The notes: a model not told the origin generated them from the sequence alone. Numbered from the stretch's first letter, positions 47,005-57,841 are shown. The stretch: 64,000 nt of DNA from Gammaproteobacteria bacterium (GCA_965277715.1 OZ255836.1:2176001-2240000); one strand, 5' to 3'. Numbers and translations: made by a program.

Positions 47005-49659
47005 CAAGATTTTTTCCACCAGTTCATACACATCATTGGATAAATTGTCAGTCGATAATATGCGCTGCAGTTGCTGTTGCATAATGACCTGATTGGCCTG
47101 TGTATAGCGCCGCCACCGACTCATTGCCCCCACCATGCGTGCGGCAACCTGTGGGTTAATACGGTCCAACTCAATAATGTAGTCACTGAGAAACACATAC
47201 CCGGCACCCTCTGCCGCGTGAAACCGTACCGGGTTACCGGTTGAGAACGCCCCCAGTAATGAGCGCGCCCGATTGGGGTTTTTCAGGTCAAAATCGGCAT
47301 GTTCCACCAGCGCTTTCACCCGCTGCAATGTATCCTGGCGGGTCGACATTGCCTGGAGTGAAAACCACTTATCGATCACCAGGCGCTGATCGCGCCACCG
47401 ATCATAAAAACGTGCCAAATAGGTTTGTGGATCGGTCGCATCATCATTGCACAATACCCGCAGTGCAGCCTGCTCGTCGCTCATATTCGTGGCATTGTCA
47501 AATTGGGTTTTGGCTAACGACAGGCCAATGCGGTCATCGCAGTGTGCCAGTAGGTTGAGGCAGGTATTTTTTAAATCACGCTGACCGATTGCCTCTGCAT
47601 CCAGGCTGAATTCACCCTCATCGCTGCACCGATGGTAGTGTAAGAGGAGTGTCGGCTGGAGAAAATTGGCCAGTGCAGTCACCATAAACACACGCACGGT
47701 AAACAATACCCGCATATCCATTTGTGGGAAAAACTCACCGATTGCCTCTTCGTCCGGTAGTTGTAGTGCCTGTGCCAGCAAAGCGTCATCGACACCACTT
47801 TCCAACAGTGACTTGTAGGCGTCGAGAAAGTGTTCTGGCATGTGCAAAACTTCGCCTTTGCCGTGCACCTCAACCAGTTGCACCGCTACCCGCAGCGCCA
47901 ATTGCTGACCCGCATCCCAGCGGTTAAACGAATCACTGTCATTGGCGATTAAAAAGGCCAGTTGTTGGTCGCTGTAGTCAAACGATAACTTCACAGGCGC
48001 CGAGTAACCGCGCAGCAGCGAGGGCACTGGCACGGTATCCACTTGGGTAAAAATCACACGTTGCTCACTTTCAAGCACATCGACAATGCACTCGATTGCG
48101 CCGTTTTCGGTATCACTATACAGCGGCATTGCCGTACCCGTAGCGCCCAGCAGGCTCATTTTCACCGGAATATGGGTAGGTTGTTTGTGCGTCTGTCCCG
48201 GCGTTGCCGGGGTCGACTGTGCAAAGGTCAATGTGCAGGTTTTCGCTGTTGTGTCGTAGTGCATGCGCACCGTGAGCACAGGCGTCCCCGCCTGGGAGTA
48301 CCAACGCCTGAAGGTATCCAGGTTGACCCCGCTGGCATCCGTCATGGCACTGGCAAAATCATCGCAGGTCACCGCCTGGCCATCGTGGCGATGAAAGTAC
48401 AGGTCCATGCCCTTGCGAAAACCATCGGCACCCAACAACGTGTGCATCATACGAATGACTTCGGCGCCTTTTTCATACACGGTGAGGGTGTAGAAATTAT
48501 TGATCTCGATATAGGCACTGGGGCGTACCGGGTGTGCCGTTGGCCCGGCATCTTCGGCAAATTGCCGGGCGCGCAACATGCGTACATCCTCGATGCGCTT
48601 GACTGCAGGTGAATTCATATCTGCGCTGAATTGTTGGTCGCGAAATACTGTCAAACCCTCCTTGAGGCTGAGTTGAAACCAATCGCGGCAGGTGACGCGG
48701 TTACCCGTCCAGTTATGAAAATATTCGTGCGCGATCACCCCTTCGATATTTTGAAAATCCCGGTCGGTCGCCGTTTTTTGATCGGCGAGTACATACTTTG
48801 AATTAAACACATTCAGGCCTTTGTTTTCCATCGCGCCCATATTGAAATCGTCGACGGCGACGATCATATAAATATCCAAATCGTACTCCAGGCCAAACAC
48901 CGTCTCATCCCAACGCATAGCCTTCTTTAACGAGCGCATGGCGTGCGCACACTTATCGGCGTTGTGTGCCTCGACGTAGATTTGCAGCGATACTTCACGC
49001 CCTGATGCGGTGACAAAGGGTTCGCTGATACAGGCCAGGTCACCCGCGACCAGGGCAAACAGGTAACTGGGTTTTGGGTGTGGGTCTTCCCAGGTGACAA
49101 AGTGGCGTGTGCCGTCTCCGGCGTTTTCCGCCCCCGCTTCAATATCACCACGCGCAATGGGGTTGCCATTGGATAACAGTACCGGGTAGCGGGACTTTTC
49201 CGCTTCAATGCGCACGCGAAACCTCGCCATCACATCGGGGCGATCGGGGTAGTAGGTAATACGGCGAAACCCCTGGGCTTCGCATTGCGTGCAATAGTTA
49301 CCACTGGACTTGTAAAGCCCTTCAAGTGCGGTGTTATTTTGTGGCTCTATCTCGGTGACGACACACAGTTCAAAGGCATCGGGCAGGTCGGGTATCTGTA
49401 AGCCCTGCTCGTCTATCTGGTATTTTTCTGCGGTGAGTAGATTGCCATCCACCGCGATAGAAATTAACGTGACGTGGCTGCCATCGAGTTGCAGACAGCG
49501 GTTATCGCCGAGATCGCTGTTGCGGCGCACCGTCAGGGTGCTTTCTACGCGGGTGATGTTTTCATTCAGTATAAAATTCAATACAACTGTATCGACCCAA
49601 AATGCCGGAGCCTGGTAATCGCTGAGTAAAATAGGTTTGGGGGCGTTGTTTTCTTTCAT
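46999..49659 (-). CDS. pepN: Aminopeptidase N (M1)
   Basis: 'TQCEAQGFRRIT', 'GAMENKGLN', 'HEYFHNWTGNRVTCRDW...KEGLT', 'YEKGAEV'. Confidence 0.98.
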   Translation of the reverse strand: MKENNAPKPILLSDYQAPAFWVDTVVLNFILNENITRVESTLTVRRNSDLGDNRCLQLDGSHVTLISIAVDGNLLTAEKYQIDEQGLQIPDLPDAFELCVVTEIEPQNNTALEGLYKSSGNYCTQCEAQGFRRITYYPDRPDVMARFRVRIEAEKSRYPVLLSNGNPIARGDIEAGAENAGDGTRHFVTWEDPHPKPSYLFALVAGDLACISEPFVTASGREVSLQIYVEAHNADKCAHAMRSLKKAMRWDETVFGLEYDLDIYMIVAVDDFNMGAMENKGLNVFNSKYVLADQKTATDRDFQNIEGVIAHEYFHNWTGNRVTCRDWFQLSLKEGLTVFRDQQFSADMNSPAVKRIEDVRMLRARQFAEDAGPTAHPVRPSAYIEINNFYTLTVYEKGAEVIRMMHTLLGADGFRKGMDLYFHRHDGQAVTCDDFASAMTDASGVNLDTFRRWYSQAGTPVLTVRMHYDTTAKTCTLTFAQSTPATPGQTHKQPTHIPVKMSLLGATGTAMPLYSDTENGAIECIVDVLESEQRVIFTQVDTVPVPSLLRGYSAPVKLSFDYSDQQLAFLIANDSDSFNRWDAGQQLALRVAVQLVEVHGKGEVLHMPEHFLDAYKSLLESGVDDALLAQALQLPDEEAIGEFFPQMDMRVLFTVRVFMVTALANFLQPTLLLHYHRCSDEGEFSLDAEAIGQRDLKNTCLNLLAHCDDRIGLSLAKTQFDNATNMSDEQAALRVLCNDDATDPQTYLARFYDRWRDQRLVIDKWFSLQAMSTRQDTLQRVKALVEHADFDLKNPNRARSLLGAFSTGNPVRFHAAEGAGYVFLSDYIIELDRINPQVAARMVGAMSRWRRYTQANQVIMQQQLQRILSTDNLSNDVYELVEKILQ

Positions 49660-49701
49660 TAAAAAGTACTCTGGTAGTTTCGTTAGTTAGGCGTGCAAAC
49701 G

Positions 49702-51030
49702 TTAGGAAAACACACGCACTGCCAAGCCAGGATCGGAGGGGAAATAAGCGTGAATGTAACTGGCAATAATCGATTGATGTCGATAGACCGCCTCCCCCTG
49801 ATAACCCGCTTTATTTTTTCGCTGCCGCCTACCTCGCGAGTAAACCGGCAGCTGCATCTGTAGCGATGAGTGGTGGAATGTGTGGCCGCGCCACTCACCG
49901 CCGGGCAAAGCGGCACTTTGCATCCCCAGTGAGACCAGTTTATTTTGCATCATCGCACGCCCCGGTAGCAAACCCAGCATTGCGGCGGTATGCCCGGCCT
50001 TATCCTGTAGCGATTCAAGCAGGTATAACATACCACCACACTCAGCGTAAATTCTGCCGCCATCGGTAGCAAAGTTCTCAATACTGGCGCGCATACTGTG
50101 ATTGGCTGACAATGCCTCTAAGTGCAACTCCGGGTAGCCGCCGGGCAGGAATACGCTATCGACACGCGGCAGTGTGTTATCTGTCAACGGTGAAAAGTAC
50201 ACCAGCCTGGCACCGAGCGATTCTAACAGGCGGATATTGGCCGGGTAGATAAAGGCAAACGCTTGATCCCGCGCAACCGCAATGCGCGTACCGGCAAGCG
50301 GTTTTTCGTCGTGCCTGTGCGTCAGGATCGATGCAGAAAAATCAAACGCCACAGCGGGTGGCAGCGCTGCCAGTGGTGTCCCTTTAAAGTGATTGGCCAG
50401 CGCGTCCAGCCGGGCATCCAGATCGTGCACTTCCTCCGCCTGCACTAATCCCAGATGGCGGCTTGGCAGGCCCGTTTTATCATCGCGCACTATCGCCCCC
50501 AACCACTGGCAGTCGGTTTGCAAGGATTCGCGTAACAGCGCGGCGTGGTAATCACCCGCCACCCGGTTAGCCAATACACCCGCCCACGGCAACCCTGGCC
50601 GATAGTGGCTCAGACCATGCGCTAAAGCGCCAAAAGTCCCCGCCATCGCGCTGGCATCGATCACCGCTACCAGGGGGATACCAAAGGTTTTTGCGAGGTC
50701 GGCGCTACTGGGGTCGCCATCGAATAAACCCATCACCCCTTCCACCAGTATCAAATCGGCGGATTGCGCCGCCTCGTGCAGGAGTGCACAGCACTCTTGC
50801 TCGCCCGTCATCCATAAATCGAGCTGATAGACCGGGTTGCCACTGGCGCGCTGCAATACCATCGGATCGAGAAAATCCGGGCCGGTTTTGAATACCCGCA
50901 CATCACAGCCCGCATTGGCGTAGTAGCGTGCCAGGCCTGCGGTCAACGCAGTTTTGCCATGCCCGGAGGCAGGGGCCGTTATCATCAATGCGGGACAATA
51001 AGCGGTTGAGTGTGTTATCTGATTAGTCAT
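49702..51030 (-). CDS. cobB: Cobyrinate/hydrogenobyrinate a,c-diamide synthase
   Basis: 'APASGHGKT', 'FKTGPDFLDP', 'EGVMGLFDG', GATase 'AECGGMLYL'. Confidence 0.93.
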   Translation of the reverse strand: MTNQITHSTAYCPALMITAPASGHGKTALTAGLARYYANAGCDVRVFKTGPDFLDPMVLQRASGNPVYQLDLWMTGEQECCALLHEAAQSADLILVEGVMGLFDGDPSSADLAKTFGIPLVAVIDASAMAGTFGALAHGLSHYRPGLPWAGVLANRVAGDYHAALLRESLQTDCQWLGAIVRDDKTGLPSRHLGLVQAEEVHDLDARLDALANHFKGTPLAALPPAVAFDFSASILTHRHDEKPLAGTRIAVARDQAFAFIYPANIRLLESLGARLVYFSPLTDNTLPRVDSVFLPGGYPELHLEALSANHSMRASIENFATDGGRIYAECGGMLYLLESLQDKAGHTAAMLGLLPGRAMMQNKLVSLGMQSAALPGGEWRGHTFHHSSLQMQLPVYSRGRRQRKNKAGYQGEAVYRHQSIIASYIHAYFPSDPGLAVRVFS

Positions 51031-51111
51031 ATGTTCACGCACTTACAGGGTAATTTTCCGTTAGAATGCGGCCCCTAAAAACCACCACCCGGTGCTCAAC
51101 CTGGAATCTAT

Positions 51112-51879
51112 ATGAAAGTCTATTTTATCGGTGCTGGCCCCGGCGACCCGGAACTTATCACCCTGAAAGGCCAACGACTGATAAGCCAGTGCCCGCTGGT
51201 ATTGTACGCTGGTTCACTGGTGCCGGGTGAACTGCTCAAGGATCTACACCCGCAGGCAGAAGTGATTAATACGGCAGAGCTACACCTCGAACAAATTGTT
51301 GAATTGATGCAACGCGCCCATCGGGACAACCGCGATGTCGCCCGTGTCCACTCCGGTGACCCGAGTATCTACGGTGCTATCGCTGAACAGATCAGGGAAT
51401 TGCGCACACTCGGCATCGGGTTTGAGATTATTCCCGGCGTCACCGCGACCTCTGCATCGGCCGCCTGGCTCGGTGCTGAACTCACTGTGCCGAATATCTC
51501 ACAAACGGTTATTTACACCCGTTACGCGGGTAAAACCACCCTGCCAGAGGGTGAAAGCCTGGCCGAGCTCGCCGTGCACCGCGCCACCCTGGCGATCCAT
51601 CTCGGTGTGCCGCGCATCCACAAAATAGTGGCCGAGCTGCTGCCATTTTACGGTGAGAACTGTCCCGTGGCGGTCTGCTATCGCACCTCCTGGACAGACG
51701 CCGACAAGGTAATAGGCACACTGGGCGATATTGTGGGCAAAGTGCGCGAGAAAGGTTTTACCCGCACAGCGCTGATTATCGTCGGTGAAGTGTTAAACCC
51801 TGAAACCGTCGAGCGCTCGTTTCTATACCGCGAAGACAAAGCGCATATTTTTCGCCCGAAGGTGCGTAAGCAGGCCTAA
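51112..51879 (+). CDS. cobM: Precorrin-4 C11-methyltransferase
   Basis: 'VYFIGAGPGDPELIT', 'YAGSLV', 'RVHSGDPSIYGAIAEQ', 'AELTVPNISQTVI'. Confidence 0.93.
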   Translation: MKVYFIGAGPGDPELITLKGQRLISQCPLVLYAGSLVPGELLKDLHPQAEVINTAELHLEQIVELMQRAHRDNRDVARVHSGDPSIYGAIAEQIRELRTLGIGFEIIPGVTATSASAAWLGAELTVPNISQTVIYTRYAGKTTLPEGESLAELAVHRATLAIHLGVPRIHKIVAELLPFYGENCPVAVCYRTSWTDADKVIGTLGDIVGKVREKGFTRTALIIVGEVLNPETVERSFLYREDKAHIFRPKVRKQA

Positions 51880-51894
51880 ATTCGCCCGTTGTGC

Positions 51895-52767
51895 TCAGTT
51901 ACCTGACCGGGTAACTGAGCACAGCTCAAGCTCAAGCATCCGATAGTCCGCCAGCGTGTCCTGCAAAAAGGTGTAATCCCGCCGGGCGCACTCAATCTTC
52001 CCGCGTTCAATGTCTATGTAACGAAAGTCTTCTGCATGCGGGGCAAAGTGTACGGCGGGTTGCTCTGCATCCATCCATGGCAAACACGCTATCGAGTCAC
52101 CGTAGTGTTCACCTGCTCTGTTCAGGCTCAACAGATAGAGCTGGTTTTCCATTGCCCGGGTGGTGGAAAACGCATGCCAACTGGCAAACGATTCATCACG
52201 ATAATACGCGCCGCAGTGCAGCAGACAATCGACATTGTGCTCACGCGTTAATGTACGGCTCAGTTCGGGAATGCGTATGTCATAGCAAATTATTGGGGCA
52301 AACCGAAAGCCCGCGACGGAAAAAACGCTCAGGTGTTGGCCGCGTTGAAAATAATCTTTTTCCATTGAGGCACCGTACTGGCAAACGTGCAACTTGTCGT
52401 AACACGCGAGCACTTCACCCGCTGCACTGAGGGCTACCTGGGAGATAAAATACGCGCCATCGCTGCAACGCGGCATACCAAATACCACCGCGACCCGGTG
52501 GTGAACAGCGAGCGCACGCATCGCCGCCACGCTGGGGCCATCGAGGGTTTCAGCAAGTGCTTCCAGGTTATCAAAGGCTTCCCGGGCGTATTCAATCGTG
52601 CATAACTCAGGCAGTACCACTACAGTGGCCGGGCGCTGATTCAGGTGCCGCGAGATCTTCTCGACCATGCACTGGATATGCTGGTGTTTTTCGTCCGCGT
52701 TACGCACGCTGGGAACAGTGATCTGACAGGCCAGCAGGGTACAGATATTTGATTGATGCGTATTCAC
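51895..52767 (-). CDS. Carbon-nitrogen hydrolase (nitrilase/amidase superfamily)
   Basis: Catalytic E-K-C triad: 'VVLPEL', 'YDKLH', 'ICYDIRIPE'. Confidence 0.9.
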   Translation of the reverse strand: MNTHQSNICTLLACQITVPSVRNADEKHQHIQCMVEKISRHLNQRPATVVVLPELCTIEYAREAFDNLEALAETLDGPSVAAMRALAVHHRVAVVFGMPRCSDGAYFISQVALSAAGEVLACYDKLHVCQYGASMEKDYFQRGQHLSVFSVAGFRFAPIICYDIRIPELSRTLTREHNVDCLLHCGAYYRDESFASWHAFSTTRAMENQLYLLSLNRAGEHYGDSIACLPWMDAEQPAVHFAPHAEDFRYIDIERGKIECARRDYTFLQDTLADYRMLELELCSVTRSGN

Positions 52768-52817
52768 AAGGTGGAATAATAACCTACAAGATGATCCCGC
52801 TACGATTCATCCAGTAT

Positions 52818-53600
52818 TCAATCAATTGCTAACCAATTAATTTCCTGTACCGTTTGCGGGTTAATCACTGTATTTTGCAAACTGCGCACTGTCTGCGATT
52901 GCGTTGCTGAAAGGGGAATACGTGCCGCCATAATTTCTGCGCGTTGCTGTGGGTAGAGCGGGTTTTGCCGGGGGCTGGCATAACCTTGCGGATAGATCGG
53001 ATTACCATCAGCCTGGTATTTGTCCTTCGCGCCAACGGTATGCAATACCTCGTGGGCGATAACAACATTATTTTGCCGGTTCTGTTTTGAAAATGCGTAG
53101 GCATTGACCAACCCAAACAAGCCTTTTTGCAAACCCAGTGAATGCGGCAAATGCCCCTCCGTTTGGCTGTGGTACAGCACAAACACCCGCACCCGTGATA
53201 AGTTGGAGTGTTTATCAGGTGTATTGCGAAACGCCCACCAGCGAAAGTGTACACCCCATAGCATATTGTATAGAGGGTGATCCAGATCCGGCAGTACCGG
53301 TGGCAACACCGGCACCTGTTCCCCTAAAGACAGTTTGATTGGTACAGTATTGGGCAGTCGGTAGCGCTTTGCTTCCTGAGTAAACCATTTTTCAATACCG
53401 TGAAAATGTCGCTGAGAAAGGTTACTGATATAGTATTGTGTACTGGCCTGCTGATCGGCATTGATAGGGTAAATCACGACATCGAGCGGAGTTTGCCAAC
53501 TGCGTGAATACAACAGTTGATGTGTGGTGTACAACACGGTGAATAACAACAAACCCAGCAAAACAGAAAGGCGCAAGCTACGAAAGGTTAATAGGGGCAT
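52818..53600 (-). CDS. Hypothetical membrane-anchored protein with a zinc-peptidase-like HEXXH motif
   Basis: N-terminal TM segment; 'HSLGLQKG', 'IAHEVLHTVGAKDKY', 'AEIMA'. Confidence 0.7.
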   Translation of the reverse strand: MPLLTFRSLRLSVLLGLLLFTVLYTTHQLLYSRSWQTPLDVVIYPINADQQASTQYYISNLSQRHFHGIEKWFTQEAKRYRLPNTVPIKLSLGEQVPVLPPVLPDLDHPLYNMLWGVHFRWWAFRNTPDKHSNLSRVRVFVLYHSQTEGHLPHSLGLQKGLFGLVNAYAFSKQNRQNNVVIAHEVLHTVGAKDKYQADGNPIYPQGYASPRQNPLYPQQRAEIMAARIPLSATQSQTVRSLQNTVINPQTVQEINWLAID

Positions 53601-53605
53601 GTAAA

Positions 53606-54334
53606 TTAATTCACAGGCAAACAAGCCAATAGCGCTTCAACTGAATCGAACTCACTATCAATCGGCACCAGCGTTGGGCGGTGCAACATTAATACTGGAA
53701 TACGCAGATCACGCGCCGCCGTTATTTTTTCAGCCACGGCGTGCCCACCACTGTTTTTTGAAACCAATACGTCAACACCGTTTAGCAGCATTAGGGCGCG
53801 CTCGCTGTTATAGCTAAACGGGCCGCGCTCATGTATTACCTGTACGCCCGTGTGTTGTTTATTGTTGTGGGTTAACGTGCGTACTAGCCAGTGCTGGTGA
53901 GATGCTCGATCATCCGTATGCAACAACGGTTGTTGGCCAATGGTAAAAAGTGGCCGACAATAGTGCCTGACCGCCGCCATAATCGCTGGCCAGTCATCGG
54001 CTACTGCCACCCAATTATCGTTATCGCCGGGCTGCCACGCCGGGCGCGTATAGCGCAAAATGGGCAGTGAGATTGCCTGCGCAGCCAACACCGCATTGCG
54101 GCTAATATTGTCTGCATAGGGGTGAGTGGCATCGATTAGGCAGTCGATGGCGTTGGCTTTAATACAGTCGATTAAACCCGCTTTGCCACCAAAACCACCC
54201 ACCCGTAGCCGACACGCCAATGTCGGTCTGGCCACTAAACCGGCAATGCTATACAGCACATCGTGGCCTCGTTCGGCCAGTATATTGGCAATCTGTTGCG
54301 CATCACCGGTGCCACCCAATAACAGAATATTCAC
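53606..54334 (-). CDS. cobK: Precorrin-6A/cobalt-precorrin-6A reductase
   Basis: '[10 protein letters not shown]', 'RVGGFGG', 'IDATHPYA', 'RGPF', 'LVSKNSGG'. Confidence 0.93.
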   Translation of the reverse strand: MNILLLGGTGDAQQIANILAERGHDVLYSIAGLVARPTLACRLRVGGFGGKAGLIDCIKANAIDCLIDATHPYADNISRNAVLAAQAISLPILRYTRPAWQPGDNDNWVAVADDWPAIMAAVRHYCRPLFTIGQQPLLHTDDRASHQHWLVRTLTHNNKQHTGVQVIHERGPFSYNSERALMLLNGVDVLVSKNSGGHAVAEKITAARDLRIPVLMLHRPTLVPIDSEFDSVEALLACLPVN

Positions 54335-55413
54335 ACGGCGCGCCCCACTACCCTCCCCTCCCGGCTAACAGCGATGACATCCACTTGGATACCTACACCT
54401 GTATAGCGTCGTATAGTCGTTAGTGCGTGCTGGCAAACTTTGTCGGCAATATTCACTCCCTGTGCCTGGCAGTGTTGCAATACTTCAGCGGTGGTATTGC
54501 TGGTTTTAATCATCTCCGCCAGTGCCGGATGGGTATCGGCAACCAAGGCAGACAAGCGCAGAAAATCCACGCTGGATTTTCTGCTGTGCAAATCGAGGTG
54601 GCCATCCGCCAGTTTGCTTAACTTGCCAAAACCACCGACCACCGACAAACGCGGTATCGGGTGTTTGGGCAGGTACTTCAGCACCGCCCCGGCAAAATCG
54701 CCCATTTCAACCAGCGCCATATCCTCCAGCGCATAGTGTTCACGGGCAACCTGCTCGCTGGTCGACCCAGTGCACGCGGCAATATGAACAACCCCATTGG
54801 CGCGGGCAACATCAATACCCTGGTGGATTGAGGCGATATATGCCGCGCAGGAATAAGGCCGCACTATTCCAGTAGTACCGAGAATCGAGAGGCCACCGAG
54901 AATACCCAGCCGCGCATTCATTGTTTGCCCGGCGATTTTCTCACCGTTGACGATACCGATAGCCACGTCAAAACCACCCAAATAATCGTATCTGACGGCC
55001 AATGCCTGCAAGTGTTCACCCATCATTTGCCGTGGTACCGGATTGATCGCCGCCTCGCCAACTGCCAGCATTAAACCCGTCCGGGTGACAGTGCCAACCC
55101 CTTCAGCGGCAGCAAAACGCACACCGGGATCAGCCGATAAACGCACTTCGGCAAATACCGTGGCGCCATGCGTGGCATCCGGGTCATCACCGGCATCTTT
55201 AATGGTATCAGCGCGGGCGGTATTTCCTTCACGGGTGCAGGCGGTAAGCATAAACACCACCTGTTTACCGCGTGGCAATCTAATCGCTATCTCACGGGTT
55301 GCCAAACCACTCAACAGCAATTGTGCTGCGGCCAGGCTGGTCGCCGTCGCGCAGGCGCCAGTGGTATACCCAGAGCGCAGGGGCCTCACCTGCTCGTCGG
55401 TTTCTTCTCGCAT
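54331..55413 (-). CDS. cbiD: Cobalt-precorrin-5B C1-methyltransferase
   Basis: '[13 protein letters not shown]', '[12 protein letters not shown]', 'AINPVPR', '[23 protein letters not shown]'. Confidence 0.95.
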   Translation of the reverse strand: MREETDEQVRPLRSGYTTGACATATSLAAAQLLLSGLATREIAIRLPRGKQVVFMLTACTREGNTARADTIKDAGDDPDATHGATVFAEVRLSADPGVRFAAAEGVGTVTRTGLMLAVGEAAINPVPRQMMGEHLQALAVRYDYLGGFDVAIGIVNGEKIAGQTMNARLGILGGLSILGTTGIVRPYSCAAYIASIHQGIDVARANGVVHIAACTGSTSEQVAREHYALEDMALVEMGDFAGAVLKYLPKHPIPRLSVVGGFGKLSKLADGHLDLHSRKSSVDFLRLSALVADTHPALAEMIKTSNTTAEVLQHCQAQGVNIADKVCQHALTTIRRYTGVGIQVDVIAVSREGRVVGRAV

Positions 55414-55544
55414 CGGCTAATAATACACCCTCTCAAGAGGATGTCGGAAAACGTTGCGAGCGAAGACGAGGCGAAACGGAAGTGGTTTACAGCGCGTCGC
55501 TGAAGCACTACATTGCGCTTACCAATCACACCACGGAAACCCCC

Positions 55545-56147
55545 ATGAGCGTCGATGCCGACAAACACCTGAATATGACCCGCAAACGCCAGGCCGGACA
55601 CGAAAAGAAAAAAGCCAAAGCCACCAAAGAAAAAGGCTTATTGGTGGTCAATACCGGCACCGGTAAGGGTAAAAGCAGTGCCGCCTTCGGTATGGCGATA
55701 CGCGCTATTGGCCACGGGATGCGCGTTGGCGTCGTGCAGTTTATCAAGGGCGCCATGCACACCGCCGAGCGCGATGTGCTCAGTCAGTTCGACAATTGCG
55801 AATGGCATACCATTGGCGATGGCTTTACCTGGAACACACAAGACCGTCGGCAGGACATCGCCACCGCAGAAAAAGCCTGGGCCGAGGCCGCACGCATGAT
55901 CGATGACCGCAGCTACCACATGGTCGTGCTCGATGAACTGAATGTTGTGCTGAAATACGACTACCTCGACAGTGATGCCGTGATTGCAACACTCAACAGC
56001 CGGGGCGATACACAGCACGTCATCGTCACCGGTCGCCACGCCAGCGAGGCGATGATCGCAGCGGCTGACCTGGTGAGCGAAGTCAGACCAGTTAAGCACC
56101 CATTCAAAGAGCAAGGGGTTAAGGCCCAAAAGGGTATCGAGTTTTAG
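55545..56147 (+). CDS. cobO: Cob(I)yrinic acid a,c-diamide adenosyltransferase
   Basis: 'VNTGTGKGKSSAAFG', 'VQFIKG', 'GFTW', 'VLDELN', 'TGR', 'KHPF..GVKAQKGIEF'; ATG at 55545. Confidence 0.95.
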   Translation: MSVDADKHLNMTRKRQAGHEKKKAKATKEKGLLVVNTGTGKGKSSAAFGMAIRAIGHGMRVGVVQFIKGAMHTAERDVLSQFDNCEWHTIGDGFTWNTQDRRQDIATAEKAWAEAARMIDDRSYHMVVLDELNVVLKYDYLDSDAVIATLNSRGDTQHVIVTGRHASEAMIAAADLVSEVRPVKHPFKEQGVKAQKGIEF

Positions 56148-56435
56148 CGCCAATGGTCGGTTCAAGGTACAACTCGATGGTGCCTAAGACGCTGAAACCA
56201 GAAAAAAGTAACTCACTGACCTTATAAAGAGCCAAGAAGAACACAAAGGCACTGCGAGTGTCCCGCACAACACCCTACCCTCAGCCTTGTATTAATTCAC
56301 ATAACGCAAATCATATCGTTGAATTGGCAGCAAAAAAATATCCCAGCGAGAACCCCTGGAATTTATAGATGCCAATCACCGGCAAGCAACATTACCTTGT
56401 ATAATTTCCCCTACGACTCATCAATTCAAAAAACC

Positions 56436-57170
56436 ATGCCCAATCAAACGCCCCTCCCAACAAAATCCATTCCTGCACACGAACGCCTAATCTTTGCCCT
56501 GGATACCCCCAGTGCCACAGAGGCAAAAGCACTGGTAGAGACACTTGGCGACAGTGTTCACTTTTACAAAATGGGCCTGGAACTGTTTATGGCAGGCGGT
56601 TATTTCGAATTAATCGATTGGTTACACAGTAAAAACAAACAAGTATTCGTCGACCTTAAATTCTTCGATGTCCCGCAGACTGTCGCTTCCGCTGTACGCC
56701 AATTGCGCGGTAAAAACGTCCGCTTCGCTACAGTACATGGCAATGACGCCATTCTGGCGGCAGCCTGCGCAGAAAAGCACGACGTACAAATACTCGCAGT
56801 CACTGTGCTCACCAGCCTTGACCGTGGCGACCTCGACGCGCTGGGTTTTGACACCGATGTCGACAAATTGGTGTTGTCACGTGCACAGCGGGCGCTGGCG
56901 ATTGGCTGTGACGGAGTGATTTCATCGGGCCGTGAAGCAAAGGCACTGCGTGGCAGCCTCGACGAACGTTTTTTGATCGTCGTTCCCGGCATCCGCCCCG
57001 TGGAAAACCGTGCAGTGGATGACCAAAAGCGAACTGTGGATATAGAAGAAGCGTTTGAAAATGGCGCGGATTATATTGTCGTGGGGCGCCCTATTAAAAA
57101 CGCTGACGATCCCCGCCTGGCGGCACAAGCTATCCAGGCACGTATTGAAACCTTTTTTAGCATAGCTTAA
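56436..57170 (+). CDS. pyrF: Orotidine-5'-phosphate decarboxylase
   Basis: 'RLIFALD', 'FVDLKFFDVPQTV', 'AVTVLTS', 'VPGIRP', 'VVGRPI'. Confidence 0.96.
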   Translation: MPNQTPLPTKSIPAHERLIFALDTPSATEAKALVETLGDSVHFYKMGLELFMAGGYFELIDWLHSKNKQVFVDLKFFDVPQTVASAVRQLRGKNVRFATVHGNDAILAAACAEKHDVQILAVTVLTSLDRGDLDALGFDTDVDKLVLSRAQRALAIGCDGVISSGREAKALRGSLDERFLIVVPGIRPVENRAVDDQKRTVDIEEAFENGADYIVVGRPIKNADDPRLAAQAIQARIETFFSIA

Positions 57171-57188
57171 ATCGGCTCCCTACTAATC

Positions 57189-57617
57189 CTACTGCACCAG
57201 CATAGCGGGAACTTCGAGTTTAGCTGCTGATTGATAAAGTGCTTTATCACAGGTTATCAATTGCAAACCTGATTTGTAGCTAACGGCTAATTGCAAAGCG
57301 TCAAGGGTTCTCAAGTTCGTTGAATATAAACGTAGCCAGTTTTCTGCCTGCTGGTAGTGTTGCTCCTGAACGAGGCTTGTCAGATAAAGCGCCCTATCTA
57401 TATGCGAAGCAAATTGCTGGTCTATAGTTTGCGCCTCTGTTTTTGACAATTCCCTGGTTCTCACCCACCGTGATAAAGCCGGGCTAAATTCCACTTTTGT
57501 TAACGATGATATCGTTGGCTTTTCCGCAAGTGACATTAACGTTTTCTGTACCCGCTCTGAACACGTTTCTTGGCGGTAATAAGCCAGCAAAACGCAGGTA
57601 TCAAGATACGTTGACAT
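57189..57617 (-). CDS. vapC: VapC-family PIN-domain toxin
   Basis: 'YLDTCVL', 'LTKVEF', 'LRTLDALQLA', 'LITCDKAL'; TGATG overlap with the antitoxin stop. Confidence 0.88.
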   Translation of the reverse strand: MSTYLDTCVLLAYYRQETCSERVQKTLMSLAEKPTISSLTKVEFSPALSRWVRTRELSKTEAQTIDQQFASHIDRALYLTSLVQEQHYQQAENWLRLYSTNLRTLDALQLAVSYKSGLQLITCDKALYQSAAKLEVPAMLVQ

Positions 57618-57841
57618 CAATAACGTTCGTTATCACGTAGTTGTAATAGCGTGTTTTTGGTTGACGTTATCTGTCTTCTAAATTCGTTTAGGTCAGGAAA
57701 TAATGCGGTTTCTTGAGAGTAAGGAATCAGTTTGGCAATCGGTTTTTCGCTACGTTGTATAACTATCTCCTCGCCTTTTTCCAGTATATGCAGTAGTTGC
57801 GCTATTCGCTCATGCGCTTGCTGTACATTAATCGTGTGCAT
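57617..57841 (-). CDS. Phd/YefM-family antitoxin
   Basis: 'MHTINVQQAHERIAQLL...GEEIVIQRSEKPIAKLIP'. Confidence 0.88.
   Translation of the reverse strand: MHTINVQQAHERIAQLLHILEKGEEIVIQRSEKPIAKLIPYSQETALFPDLNEFRRQITSTKNTLLQLRDNERY

Noticed and set aside
51031-51111. Cobalamin riboswitch between cobB and cobM (also sought at 55414-55544)
   Set aside because: The gaps are short and lack the GGGAA and GCCCCCGCAACTGT/GCCACTG B12-box elements.
55299-55544. Long N-terminal extensions in the ORF track (cobO; likewise hutC, hutG, ylqF, hemW, pyrF, ispB)
   Set aside because: The extensions overlap neighbouring genes or intergenic DNA and precede the family-typical N-termini; downstream starts were used.
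56148-56435. Possible ncRNA or HUH motif (AGTGTCCC near 56258) between cobO and pyrF
   Set aside because: A single short match without an adjacent stutter or convincing structure; could be chance.
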